Part shown: in pieces, positions 50,071-62,309 of the stretch | How the letters are laid out: every line of letters begins with the position of its first letter | Numbering within the stretch: the stretch's first letter is position 1 | From: Chrysemys picta bellii | Lineage: Eukaryota | NCBI RefSeq assembly: GCF_011386835.1 | Contig: NC_088802.1 | Span: 52,514,001 to 52,578,000, forward strand | Direction: 5' to 3' | DNA: 64,000 nt | Translations under genes and position numbers: made by a program | Notes under the pieces: model-generated | What the model was told of the DNA's origin: nothing | The model's database searches: none | What the model saw: the letters and a program-made list of their open reading frames with translations, nothing else

Positions 50071-51474
50071 CCTCTGGAGAGGTTGTATGAGGGGAATTGA
50101 ACTGCTGTGGATGTCCAAAGCCCTGGATGAGCTTCCACAGCAACAAGGACTGCGTAACCCAGGCCAACATGGCGGGCTTTTTGTCCCACACTTTCAGCCA
50201 GACCCCATACAGAAGTTTTTGAGTCTGCTTCTGTTGCTGCACTGATAGAGATACTTGTTCAACACAGTCAAAGCTCATACTTCTAGATTCAGAACTTCTG
50301 GGTTAAATCTCTGCCTTGGATTCTTCCAGTGGCCTCATTGAACATACCTTGTGGTTTGCAAACCACTGGTTTAACATTCTGCAGTGTTCTAAATAAATGC
50401 CACTAATAAATATAAAGGTGGAATGCGGGTGGAGGATTCTATATTGAATCCTGTCAGTGGGTGAGTGAGAACAGCCAGGGAATGGCTGCTGCACGTTCGA
50501 TTCTCTTCACCTGTGATCGGAGGGGCAGCGTGTTCTCTATTATAAGGATGATCCATTCCATTCTAAATCAGATGGATGAATATTGCTGGGATTGCAGGGT
50601 GTGGACAGGATCTGATCCGAGAGAGCAGAGACGGGAATAGCATAGCTGGAGAGGGGAAGGAGTGTCAGAGATAAAAGTGGATTATAAAATAACTCAGAAT
50701 GTCAGCACATGATTATGTTATTTTCCCCTTTCATTATTTAGACGGGAATGTTGCAAAACACCCTGTAGCTTAAGAAACTGCTAATGAACAACAGCTTTGG
50801 GGATGAATTAAATGATCAATTTTAATGGACTGGGGAGCCAATTCAGTGTATGTTTATAGTTCCAAGAGGAAGAGACATTTGACATTTGCAATTCACCATA
50901 AAACTAGAGAGAAAGTGCATTACTGGGATTCTTAACTCAGTACTAAGAGTTATAAAGGGAATGTCTGGAGGAATTCTGAACCCACAGTACTGACACAGTC
51001 AGTGACATTTTTGAAACTTACCTTGGGCCTGATACTTCACTGCCTTGAATCTTATAATCATTTATACCTGTGCACAAGTCTGTATTTACACCCTATGATC
51101 AGGATCTGTTTTGTTGTTTGCAAGAGATTTGATCATTCAGGCAATTTGATGGACCTGTAGCAAGCTACAGAATTTCTTTACTCTTCTGTTTGTACCTGAT
51201 CAGCTTATGATTGTCTCAAAAGTGTACATTATTTAATTAATATAAACACATGTTTACCTTATGTACTGATGATGAATATTCAAAGGTAAAGATTTCAACA
51301 GCATCTGTGCAGCTTAAATGCTTTTGAAAATCCCAGTAGTTTCCTGTCTGCACACGTAGATACCTAAATATATTTGAAAATCTTGTCTCTAGGCACTTAG
51401 GTACCTAAATCTCATTGAAAGTAAATGGCATTTGGGCTCCTAAGTATCCAAGTAAGTTTTGGAAATAAGACTGA

Positions 51475-51730
51475 AGCCACATCTAGGCGGGTAGTAATCA
51501 ATCTATCAGGGATCGATTTATCGCATCTCGTGTATACACGATAAATTGATCCCCGAATCGACGCCCATACTCCACCTCGGCAGGAGGAGTAAGCGGAGTC
51601 GATGGGGAAGCCGTGATGGTCAACTTGCCTGTCTGTGAGGACAGCCAGGTAAGTCGAACTAAGATATGTGAATAGCGTAGCTGAAGTTGCGTAACTTACA
51701 TCGATCCCCTCCCCCAGCATAGACCAGCCC
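51475..51730. mobile_element. PIF/Harbinger MITE related to 22958-23243
   Basis: agccacatctag...tagaccagccc termini; TGA/TTA flanks (decayed TTA TSD); shares aggtaagtcgaactaag and gtagctgaagttgcgta motifs with the 22958 element. Confidence 0.8.
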
Positions 51731-51789
51731 TTAGGCTCCTAAATCAGTTAAGTGCTGCAATGCTGAGCAGAGCAACACCTAAATACCTT

Positions 51790-53687
51790 AGAATCATAGA
51801 ATCATAGAATATCAGGGTTGGAAGGGACCTCAAGAGGTCATCTAGTCCAACCCCCTGCTCAAAGCAGGACCAATTCCCAAATAAATCATCCCAGCCAGGG
51901 GTTTGTCAAGCCGGGCCTTAAAAACCTCCAAGGAAGGAGACTCCACCACCTCCCTAGGTAACGCATTCCAGTGCTTCACCACCCTCCTAGTGAAATAGTG
52001 TTTCCTAATATCCAACCTGGACCTCCCCCACTGCAACTTGAGACCATTGCTCCTTGTTCTGTCATCTGCCACCACTGAGAACAGCCGAGCTCCATCCTCT
52101 TTGGAACCCCCCTTCCGATAGTTGAAGGCTGCTATCAAATCCCCCCTCATTCTTCTCTTCTGGAGACTAAACAATCCCAGTTCCCTCAGCCTCTCCTCAT
52201 AAGTCATGTGCTCCAGATCCCTAATCATTTTTGTTGCCCTCCGCTGGACTCTTTCCAATTTTTCCACATCCTTCTTGTAGTGTGGGGCCCAAAACTGGAC
52301 ACAGTATTCTAGATGAGGCCTCACCAATGTCGAATAAAGGGGAATGATCACGTTCCTCGATCTGCTGGCAATGCCCCTACTTATACAGCCCAACATGCCG
52401 TTAGCCTTCTTGGCAACAAGAGCACACTGTTGACTCATATCCAGCTTCTCGTCCACTGTGACCCGTAGGTCCTTTTCTGCAGAACTGCTACCTAGCCATT
52501 CGGTCCCTAGTCTGTAGCAGTGCATGGGATTCTTCCGTCCTAAGTGCAGGACTCTGCACTTGTCCTTGTTGAACCTCATCAGTTTTTTTTTTGGCCCAAT
52601 CCTCTAATTTGTCTAGGTTCCTCTGTATCCGATCCCTACTCTCTAGTATATCTACCACGCCTCCTAGTTTAGTGTCATCTGCAAACTTGCTGAGAGTGCA
52701 GTCCACACCATCCTCCAGATCATTAATAAAGATATTCAACAAAACCGGCCCCAGGACCGACCCTTGGGGCACTCCGCTTGAAACCAGCTGCCATCTAGAC
52801 ATGGAGCCATTGATCATTACCCGTTGAGCCCGACGATCCAGCCAGCTTTCTATCCACCTTACAGTCCATTCATCCAGCCCATACTTCTTTAACTTGGCGG
52901 CAAGAATACTGTGGGAGACCGTATCAAAAGCTTTGCTAAAGTCAAGGAATAACACATCCACTGCTTTCCCCTCATCCACAGAGCCAGTTATCTCATCATA
53001 GAAGGCAATTAGGTTAGTCAGGCACGACTTCCCCTTGGTGAATCCATGCTGACTGTTCATGATCACTTTCCTCTCCTCTAAGTGTTTCATAATTGATTCC
53101 TTGAGGACCTGCTCCATGATTTTTCCAGGGACTGAGGTGAGGCTGACTGGCCTGTAGTTCCCCGGATCCTCCTTCTTCCCTTTTTTAAAGATGGGCACTA
53201 CATTAGCCTTTTCCCAGTCATCCGGGACCTCCCCCGATCGCCATGAGTTTTCAAAAATAATGGCTAATGGCTCTGCAATCTCATCCGCCAACTCCTTTAG
53301 CACCCTCGGATGCAGCGCATCCGGCCCCATGGACTTGTGCACGTCCAGTTTTCTAAATACTCCCGAACCACTTCTTTCTCCACAGAGGCTGGTCACCTTC
53401 TCCCCCTATTGTGCTGCCCAGGGCAGCAGTCTGGGAGCTGACCTTGTTCGTGAAGACAGAGGCAAAAAAAGCATTGAGTACATTAGCTTTTTCCACATCC
53501 TCGGTCACTAGGTTGCCTCCCTCATTCAGTAAGGGGCCCACACTTTCCTTGACTTTCTTCTTGTGGCTAACATACCTGTAGAAACCCTTCTTGTTACTCT
53601 TAACATTTCTTGCTAGCTGCAACTCCAAGTGTGATTTGGCCTTCCTGATTTCACTCCTGCACGCCTGAGCAATATTTTTATACTCCT
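51790..53687 (-). mobile_element. Young 5'-truncated CR1 LINE
   Basis: 3' tail of ATGATTCT-type repeats at 51790-51810; near-intact RT region; direct repeat ATACCTT at 51783-51789 and 53690-53696. Confidence 0.97.
51842..53628 (-). pseudogene. CR1 ORF2 (tether, reverse transcriptase, C-terminus) with three frameshifts
   Basis: KSMGPDALHPRVLKEL, GNYRPVSLTSVPGK, DFSKAFDTV, GVPQGSVLGP, KFADDTKL and [11 protein letters not shown]; frame breaks near 53385, 53350 and the A-run at ~52585; no endonuclease domain. Confidence 0.95.
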
Positions 53688-55704
53688 ATATACCTTCACA
53701 AATCTAGGCCAGAGGCTCCAGAGTCAATTAGGCATTTTTGAAAGTTTTGCACTAAATGTGAGCTGTGATGTTTCATTGGCTGAGCTTGCAAAGCCCTACA
53801 CTCAATTTGATGGCATTTCTCTATTTGTAATGGGATAACAATTGAACACTGCAGTCCAATTCCATCATTTCAAGAAATGTTCTCAGCAAAGAAGTACCTT
53901 GTTGATTTGGTGAATATTGGAAAATCAGAAGGAGGAAAGTGGGGACCAACACAGTCTCTGACATCTGGTTACCGTCTTTAATGTGTATAGATCAAGGGAC
54001 CTGGTGATGGCAGCCATTAACACCTTCCAGCATAGCAGTTAGAGCTGGCTGAGAAACAGTTCCCATGTGCCAGGAAAAAAAATTGAGATTTTGAATTTTT
54101 TTCCATCCACAATTGGGATGAAGAGTTTAAATCTTTTGACAAATAGACATTTTTGACAGAAAAATATTTCATCAAGAAATTCCTAATCCCAAATCTGACA
54201 TTCCAAAAGAGTTTAACATGTTGACACGCTCAATGACCCTTTTTTCCCCCAACAGGAAAAAACTGGAAATAGTGGTGGGTTCCCATGAGAGGCACAAAGA
54301 CCCCTTGGCATGGGGTGGGACAATGGGGACCATCATATGGGAGGGTTACAAAGAGGCATAGGCATAGGGGAAGGCGAGAACAAGGATTCCCACAGGATCC
54401 TTCGTGGTGGGAGAGAATGGGGGACCCTGTATGGGGACAGGGATGAATAAAAGGCACACAGACCCCCGGCATAGGGGGGCACACAGAGCCCTTGGTACAA
54501 AGGAAGGTGGGTTTGCAGAGTCCCTGAAATAGAAGGGGATGAGAGGGTGGTCTCAGCTTGTTGGGAGTGGTGGGGAATGGAGGAATGAAAGGAGCTTCTG
54601 GTGTGAGCAATGAGCTTGGCCAACAGCAAGTGTGCATCCCCTTAGTTAGGAAATGGTCTTATAAGTCCCATTGGGTGAAATCCTAGCCAATGTGAGTTTC
54701 ACCACTGACTTCAATGGGACCAGGATTTCATTTTGTCTGCACATGGACTGGATGATTGCGAGCATGGTTTGGAGCCAGTATTGGAACTCACTTTGCCATT
54801 CTACTGCGTTTACACTGCTATTTATGCTCTCACTAGCTTGAGGAGCACAACTCCGAGTATGTGTACATGAGCAGAGGAATAACACTCCTAGCTCGCAGTA
54901 TAGACATAACCCAAGTCCCATTCCTGTGCTCTATACTGAATCATGAGTGTTATGATGCATTCAAATACCACTGTGATGGGAGCAGCATCAGAACCCAGAA
55001 TAGATGAGGAATTAAGATTCATAAGAATGAAACAAAAGAGCATTTATCAGATAAACTAGGGGGTGATTGCCAGAGATAAATTAGGAAGAGGTACCCAGTT
55101 GTAATGATGCCTTTCAAAGACATTGGAAGAAATTGATAGACTATAAAGTGATCCTGCCTTTGGCAGGCCGTATTCCACCAGCGTTAGCTTTCTGTTCTTT
55201 GTTCCACATGAACCGGTTCACACTTTTAAAAGGAATGGACACGCTAATGATGACTTTCACTTGCTAAAATACATCAGAAAGTTGACCTATTAGATAAACA
55301 GATTTGTTCAATGCTTACATTTTCCATCTGCCAAATGAAAACACATAAAACTGCAAGATTCAACAGCTTTGTATATACTTTCTCCCCGAACAGCACAATG
55401 GAAATTGTTTGTACTCTTCGCCAAAACAGTAAGGCCCTGTAGCTTTGAGTTTGGCAGGAACACAGTCTAGTCCAAATCACACTCCAGTGATGGCTGGAAG
55501 AGAAATTCTGGTGACTTGTTTTTAAGCTTGTCATGTACAGCACAAATGGATCCGAAACATTTTTAACTCGTAATATTCCTTCCTATGCCCCTTCGGGAGT
55601 ATTGGAAATCATAAAAGGCACCAGATCTGGCCCACATCGATAGCAGCACAATTAATACACAGGCGTGACTGAGCTGTGTTATATGGTAGTAATAAAGGGC
55701 ATGA

Positions 55705-56878
55705 TGATCTTTGACAGGGTAACAAGCCTTGTGGATGGGGGCGGGGAAGTAGTAGACGTGGCATATCTTGTCTTTAGTAAAGCTTTTGCTACTGTCTCAC
55801 ATGACCTTCTCATAAACAAACTAGGGAAATACAACCTAGATGGAGCTACTATAAGGTGAGTGCATAACTGGTTGGAAAACTGTTCCCAGAGAAGAGTTAT
55901 CAGTGGTTCACAGTCAAGCTAGAAGGGCGTAACGAGTGGGGTCCTGCAGAGATCAGTTCTGGGTCTGGTTCAATATCTTCATCAATGTTTTAGATAATGG
56001 CAGAGGGAGTACCCTTATAAAGTTTGCAGACAATACCATGCTGGGGTGTGTGTTGCAAGTGCTTTGGAGGATAGAATTAAAATTCAAAATGATCTGAACA
56101 AACTGGAGAAATTATCTGAAGTAAATAGGATGAAATTCAATTAGGACAAATGCAAAGAATTCCACTTAGGAAGGAACAATCAGTCACACACATAAAAAAT
56201 GGGAAATGACTGCCTAGCAAGGAGTACTGTGGAAAGAGATCTGGGGGGTCATAGTGGACCGCAAGCTAAGTCTGAATCAGCAGTGTAACACTGTTGCAAA
56301 AAAAGCAAACATCTTTCTAGGATGTATAAGCCAGAGTGTTGTAAGCAAGACACAAGAAGTAATTCTTCTGCTCTATTCCATGCTGATTAGGCCTCAAATG
56401 GAGTATTGTGTCCAGTTCTGGGTGCCACATTTCAGGAAAGATGTGGACAAATTGGAGAAAGTCCATAGAAGAGCAACAAAAATGATTAAAGGTCTAGAAA
56501 ACACGACCTATGAGAGAAGATTGAAAAAATTGGGTTTGTTTTGTATGGAGAAGAGAAGACCGAGTGAGGACAGTTTTCAAGTACATAAAAGGTTGTTACA
56601 AGGAGGAAGAAAAATTGAATAGGACAAGAAGCAATAGACTTAAATTGCAGCAACGGTGATTTAGGTTGGACATTAGGAAAAAACTTCCTAATTGTCAGGG
56701 TAGTTAGGCACTGGAATAAATTGCGAGAGGTTGTGGAATCTCTTTCATTTGAGGTTTTTAAGAGCTAGTTAGACAAACACCTGTCAGGGATGGTTTAGAT
56801 AATACTTTGTCCTGCCTTGAATGCAGGGGACTGGACTAGAAGAACTCTCGAGGTCCCTTCCAATCCTACGATTCGATT
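55705..56878 (+). mobile_element. Older 5'-truncated CR1 LINE
   Basis: VDVAYLVFSKAFATVSHDLLINKLGKY and RPQMEYCVQFWVPHFRKDVDKLEKVHRRATKMIKGLE; tail ggactggactagaagaactctcgaggtcccttcc; multiple stops. Confidence 0.93.
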
Positions 56879-57539
56879 ATCCAAAGCCCAGTGGATAAGA
56901 CCGTTTGTTACAGAATCACAGCCTACTTTGTACCATTTTTCTTGCATATTCCCTTTATTTTTGCAAGGCTAAAACTAATCAAATTACAATACCGCAAATT
57001 GCATTTTTGTCACGTCGAACGATCAATCTTGCAAAACTTATTTATCAACACAACATTTACAGGTCTCTAACCACAATCACTGACGCCCATCAACTGCGGC
57101 AAGAAAAGATTTCTCTCTATGGAAAATAAAACAATTTTTTTCATACACTCCAAGCACAAGTATGTAGGTTAAATACTGTGTCTGGTTTTATTTTACAAAC
57201 TGATAGCTTAGCTCAATAAGTTATTGAGCCTTGTAAAGTACAGTATTAGCAACTGTTGATGTACTTAACACTAAAATAGTTTATTGGTGGTATTCTGACT
57301 GTACTGACTAAAATTATCATTTGGTGTACTGGAAATTCTGAAATAGCACCAACAACAGTGCACTAATAATAAACGGAGTGATTCTAGGAGACTTGAATAA
57401 TGATCCTTGCTCATGCCTGTTGTTGGGAAGGAATTTTGTCAGATAGCATACTAGGGGATTTTCCTATATTTGCTTGCCATTGCTCGTTATAACTACTGGC
57501 TCAGGCAGTTTGCTGCACTCCCAGGTTGATTTTTAGAGA

Positions 57540-58359
57540 TGCTGACGGTCACAATTCAGGGCAACTGCAACTATATTTGCCTTCTATGTTTCAGAAAGGG
57601 TGCACACACGGCTCCGGGCCCCTCAGCTTTCACCTCTCTTGAGCCGAGACCCACATCTCTCCCTTCTCACCAGGGTATTTCCAGGCTGAACAGTTCCCTG
57701 CCTTCAGTGTTATTCCTCAGCAAGACAGGCTGCTTAACTAGGCCGCTTCACTTCTCTCTGCAGAGACGGTACACGGCGTAATTACACAGCAAAGTTATCA
57801 CACGGTCCTTTCTAAGCAAGCTCATTTCTTCTTAAGGTAAAACCATTACAGAGAAAATATATTAAAATAGTAAAAGAATCTACACACATGTTAATAAGAT
57901 AACCAGAGATCACCCCCTCACTCCAACAAGGGCTCCGGTTGGTGATCGGTCCTTCAAGCCCCACACAGCGTGTATTTTTGTGATCACAAGTTCATCGCAG
58001 CTTTCACTCAGAACAAGGCCCCTAATCATATGGGGCTTCAGAGGCCCAAACATCTTCCAAACCTTCCCTTAGGATTGAGGCCCACCCTAGGCCAGGGGTT
58101 CTTCCCATTAGCTGGATCAGAAAGAAGGCCTCGAGTCAGTTTTAACTCATGCTATTGAACCAACAATCCTTTGCCCGTCCCTGGAACATCCAGTTGACTC
58201 AATATATGCAAGCCCCTCTACAGCTGGTGGTAGCTTTCTGGGGATGGTACAACCTGAGTGAATTTGCCTAACTATCCGCACATTGTTCCTAGTTCCTCGA
58301 GGGCTATGATCACCCCTCCCTCATGGAGCCATATACACTCCCTCAATGGTCCGTAAACA
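57540..58359. mobile_element. Probable solo LTR
   Basis: Begins tg...gtcacaattcagggcaactgc and ends ...ccgtaaaca (TG...CA); resembles turtle LTR families; TSD not evident. Confidence 0.5.
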
Positions 58360-58398
58360 TTTTATTTTTAATACAATGAACTCTTAAAATACTTAAAC

Positions 58399-58731
58399 CA
58401 GAGTTTCTCAAACAGGGGTCGCCGCTTGTGTAGGGAAAGCCCCTGGCGGGCCGGGCCGGTTTGTTTACCTGCCCCATCCGCAGGTCTGGCCGATCGCAGC
58501 TCCCACTGGCCACGGATCGCTGCTCTGGGCCAATGGGAGCTGCTGGAAGTGGCAGGGGCTCAGGGACTTACTGGCCGCCGCTTCCAGCAGCCCCCATTGG
58601 CCAAGAGCAGCGATCCGTGGCCAGTGGGAGCCGCGATCGGCCAGACCTGTGGACGTGGCAGGTAAACAAACCGGCCCGGCCCGCCAGGGGCTTTCCCTAC
58701 ACAAGCGGCGACCCCTGTTTGAGAAACCCTG
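58399..58731. mobile_element. Fold-back hAT (Buster-type) MITE, copy 1
   Basis: ~151-bp arms with 7 mismatches and a 31-nt spacer; perfect TSD ACTTAAAC at 58391-58398 and 58732-58739. Confidence 0.95.
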
Positions 58732-61051
58732 ACTTAAACTGAATTAAGTGAGGTTTGTCCAGGAGATTGTCCTGTCACGCTGACCATCTGCAGATACATT
58801 TCAAGTTCATGGGAGCTGTGGATGCTCAGAACCTCTGAATATCATGCCCTTAAATGTACTGGTAATTGACTATTATCGGTTCACTAGAATGATGTCTTCA
58901 ATGAATGGAAGAATGTTCACCAATGGCTGTGACCTGCGCTGGGAAGAAGCAGGGTGCTACACCTGGTTATGGAGCTGCGTGAATAACAATTTTTTTTCCC
59001 AGTTCCCTGGCAATTATAAAAAAGAAACAAACTGTTTTGGGTTGAATGAAATGACATGTTTCATTCTGACTTTCAGCATTTTATTTTTTTTAATAAAATT
59101 AAAGGAAATTACAAAATAAAAAGGGGGTTTGAATTAAAAAATGAAATGTGTGGTTTCAAAAATGTCAAAATGGTATGTTTAGGTTTTTTCAGTTTCTCTT
59201 CTGAAATAATTTGCTTAAGCTGACATGAGTTCACAAAATATTTTGGCTTTGTTTTTTCCCAGGCAAAAAAAGGCAGAATTGGCAAAGTTTCAGTTGAAAC
59301 ATTTCTCCCAGCTATATCTGGTTATCAGTATGGGTCCTCATTTTGGAGACACAAGAGTTGCCCTTGCATATTCTGGAAGGTGCATAGGCCCCTTTAACTT
59401 TCATTCACAGGGAACCATAACTATTTTTTATGCCTTCTTGAGGAGAGTGATCTATGACTAATTGACTGCTTTGAGTATCTTTCCTCAATTATGTGCAGTA
59501 GGAATAAAGTATCTGCACCACGCAAGACCAAAAATTTGTAATAGCTGCACAAATTGACCTCAGGGACTTCATTAATGTTGTTATTGTTGATTATCATGGT
59601 TGCTAATCTATAAAACCATGGCCTTCTAATTTGACTTAGATGTGGTGTCCATTTATGGAGCACCTGAAGAAGCTGCCAATTTAACAAGACACCACTAGCA
59701 AGAGGAATATTTTCCATGATAAAACTAACAATGTCGTGCTGCATTTTCCCCATTTTTCATTCAGTGAACATATCGTGTTCTTAATCGACAAAAGAAAAAA
59801 CATTTTGTTCCTGCCCTTAATTAAGGCTCCAGGCAAAACTGATGAATTTTACATTGTATGACAAAATGAAATGGCCACAGCTTCATAAAAAATAGATTCT
59901 GGTGCAAGTGATGCACAAAACAAAAGGATCCCATTGTTTCCACCATAATACAGGTCTATAAAAATTTCAGATGTTAAGATATTTTCAGAGGGGCCACATC
60001 CAGGAATTTTTGATAAATGCTGAAAGCTCTTGAAACCTCTACAGATGACAGTGGAACCATTCAGATAATTAAGGCTCATTGATGGGTTATTCTCACAAAT
60101 GGTTACTTTTCTACTGCTTCACACAGACCGCTAAATCAAAGAAAATAAAGAAGCTTGGATAATTTGCAGATTTGCCTTCTGCCTATCCTGTTCTAAATAT
60201 TAATTCCAGTGTACAGACAATAAAAAAAGTTCCACCGGCATTGAAATTGGCCCTTGCCACCTTCCTAGCCATAAAGATTCATTTTAAAAAGTCGAATGAA
60301 ATTAATATTGCCCTCGGTTCAGCAGTTGATCCTTTTTAATAAGACAACCTACTTATGCATGTGTCAAACTTAAGCCACCTTCTTAAGTTCCAATGCCACT
60401 AAGCAAGTGGTTAAAGTTAAGCATGTACTTACGTGCTCTACTGAATAGGGATGAATTTATGAACGTGCTTGGATGTTTGACTGAATTGGGGCCTTAGGAT
60501 AAGATGCTGTTCTGTCAGTTAACAACCAAAGAACTCAACTATCATACAGTAGTTGGAATCCAAATAATGATTGGACAGGGTGCTTTTGTCTCAACAGCTG
60601 CAATCAGGCAGAAGTGACAGAGTTCCTTTTCTAATCTTTGTTTTGAGCAATAGTATCACTTGCACAGGACTATAAACTATACCCTTAGTCTTCATTCACA
60701 TCTCAGGCATGTATCCTAGGAAAAGTCAACAAGCAAGGCTTAAGAGGAGATGGTCCATATACTAAGAATCTAAGCAGGAATTAGTCTCCAAAGTGTTGAA
60801 GTGTCTAGGCAATTTTGATGCTTAACCTTAATGTATTTGAACTCTCTCTGTTACCCTGGTCCACAAAACACATACCTTCTTCCATAATTCATGGTGCTTC
60901 CCCATTTTCTATGCAGCCTGGGAATATGCAGACTAATCTCTCCTGTAGTATTGTCACTTCCGCTTCTGGTTGCAACCAGAAGCAAGAGGCACATTCAACC
61001 ACAGCAGTCTGGCTGTTATGCTTATTGTAACATTGTATATTGCACATACAC

Positions 61052-61383
61052 CAGTGTTTCTCAAACTGGGGTTGCTACTTGTGTAGGGAAAGCCACTAGT
61101 GGGCCGGGCTGGTTTGTTTACCTGCCCCGTCCGCAGGTCCGGCCGATCACGGCTCCCACTGGCTGCGGTTCACTGCTCCGGGCCAATGGGAGCTGCAGGA
61201 AGGGCAGCCAGCACGTCCCTCGGCCAGCGCCGCTTTCTGCAGCCCCCATTGGCCTGGAGCGGCGAACCACGGCCAGAGGGAGCCGCGATCGGCCGGACCT
61301 GCGGACATGGCAGGTAAATAAACTGGCCCCGCCCGCCAGGGGCTTTCCCTACACAAGCGGCGACCCCAGTTTGAGAAACACTG
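61052..61383. mobile_element. Fold-back hAT (Buster-type) MITE, copy 2
   Basis: TIR cagtgtttctcaaactgggg / ccccagtttgagaaacactg; TSD acatacac/acctacac (1 mismatch). Confidence 0.95.
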
Positions 61384-61879
61384 ACCTACACTGTACAGCG
61401 ACTAAAGCCTTATAAATGCAGGCGGAAAGAAAGAGAATTACATAGACAAAGCAGTGGGTGAAGATTCAAATTAGTTCTTATTTTATCCAAACCATGTCAC
61501 CTATTCATAGTGCTGTTGACATTTTACAAGAAGCCGCGGTGCATTTTCTATGGTTTGCTCACGGCTACAGAATAGCAGCCAGCTCTTTTTCTTTTGTGAA
61601 ACAAGAGCAGTGTTCTATGGGTTACTGTCACATGGTTGTGGAAAGCAGGAATTGTCTAACCTTTCCCCTGGTGTGTATTTATTTTACAGCTTTGTTTTTC
61701 ATGGTTGCCATTGGGTGTAGCACCACAGCTGTCCTTGCTTATTTTTGAACACTTATCTCCAACCTGGCATTTATTTCCCCCCCCATCAGTGTTCAGTTTC
61801 TTCTTTCCTTACCCTGACTCCCTGCAAAGAAGAGAGGACCCTCATTTGCCTGCGAAAGTTGTCTAATCTTGCTGTATCA

Positions 61880-62080
61880 CTTGACTAGTGAACAGAGCTC
61901 TGGGAAGACCCAAGTTCTAATGACTTGATTCTCAGTGTTGGGTAAGCCACACCGCCTCTCTCTGCTTGTTTCTTCATTTGTAGAATGGACACAACTCTAT
62001 CTGCCTGTGTAAGAGAGGTGCTTCGAGAATTCAGTAATGGAGAGCACGTCACACCACGTACAGCATTATATAAGTGCTAA
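61880..62080 (+). mobile_element. Old MIR/CORE-SINE
   Basis: ttgggtaagccacaccgcctctctctgcttgtttcttcatttgtagaatgg ... atataagtgctaagtatt. Confidence 0.55.
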
Positions 62081-62309
62081 GTATTTATACCATGTCTTGT
62101 CAAGTTGTCCACGGTGAAGACCTTGGCTTCCTGCTTCTGGGTAAAATGCCACACTCATCAAACAATGAGTCCTCATTTCAGTTTTACTCAATTCTGGCTG
62201 AGGGAAGCTGCTGTTTTCAGCCTGTCCGTTTGCATGACATTGCCCATTCACATAAACTGGGCTTGTAGACAGACACGACAGAGGCTTATACAGCAGCTGG
62301 GGAAACAAA

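Noticed and set aside
59421-59753. 110-aa minus-strand ORF
   Set aside because: No convincing splice donor, no recognisable motif, and the length is within chance expectation for a 64-kb six-frame scan.
58426-61415. Near-identical ORFs on opposite strands (MCRESPWRAGP...) and a 174-aa ORF
   Set aside because: Products of palindromic GC-rich MITEs, not genes.
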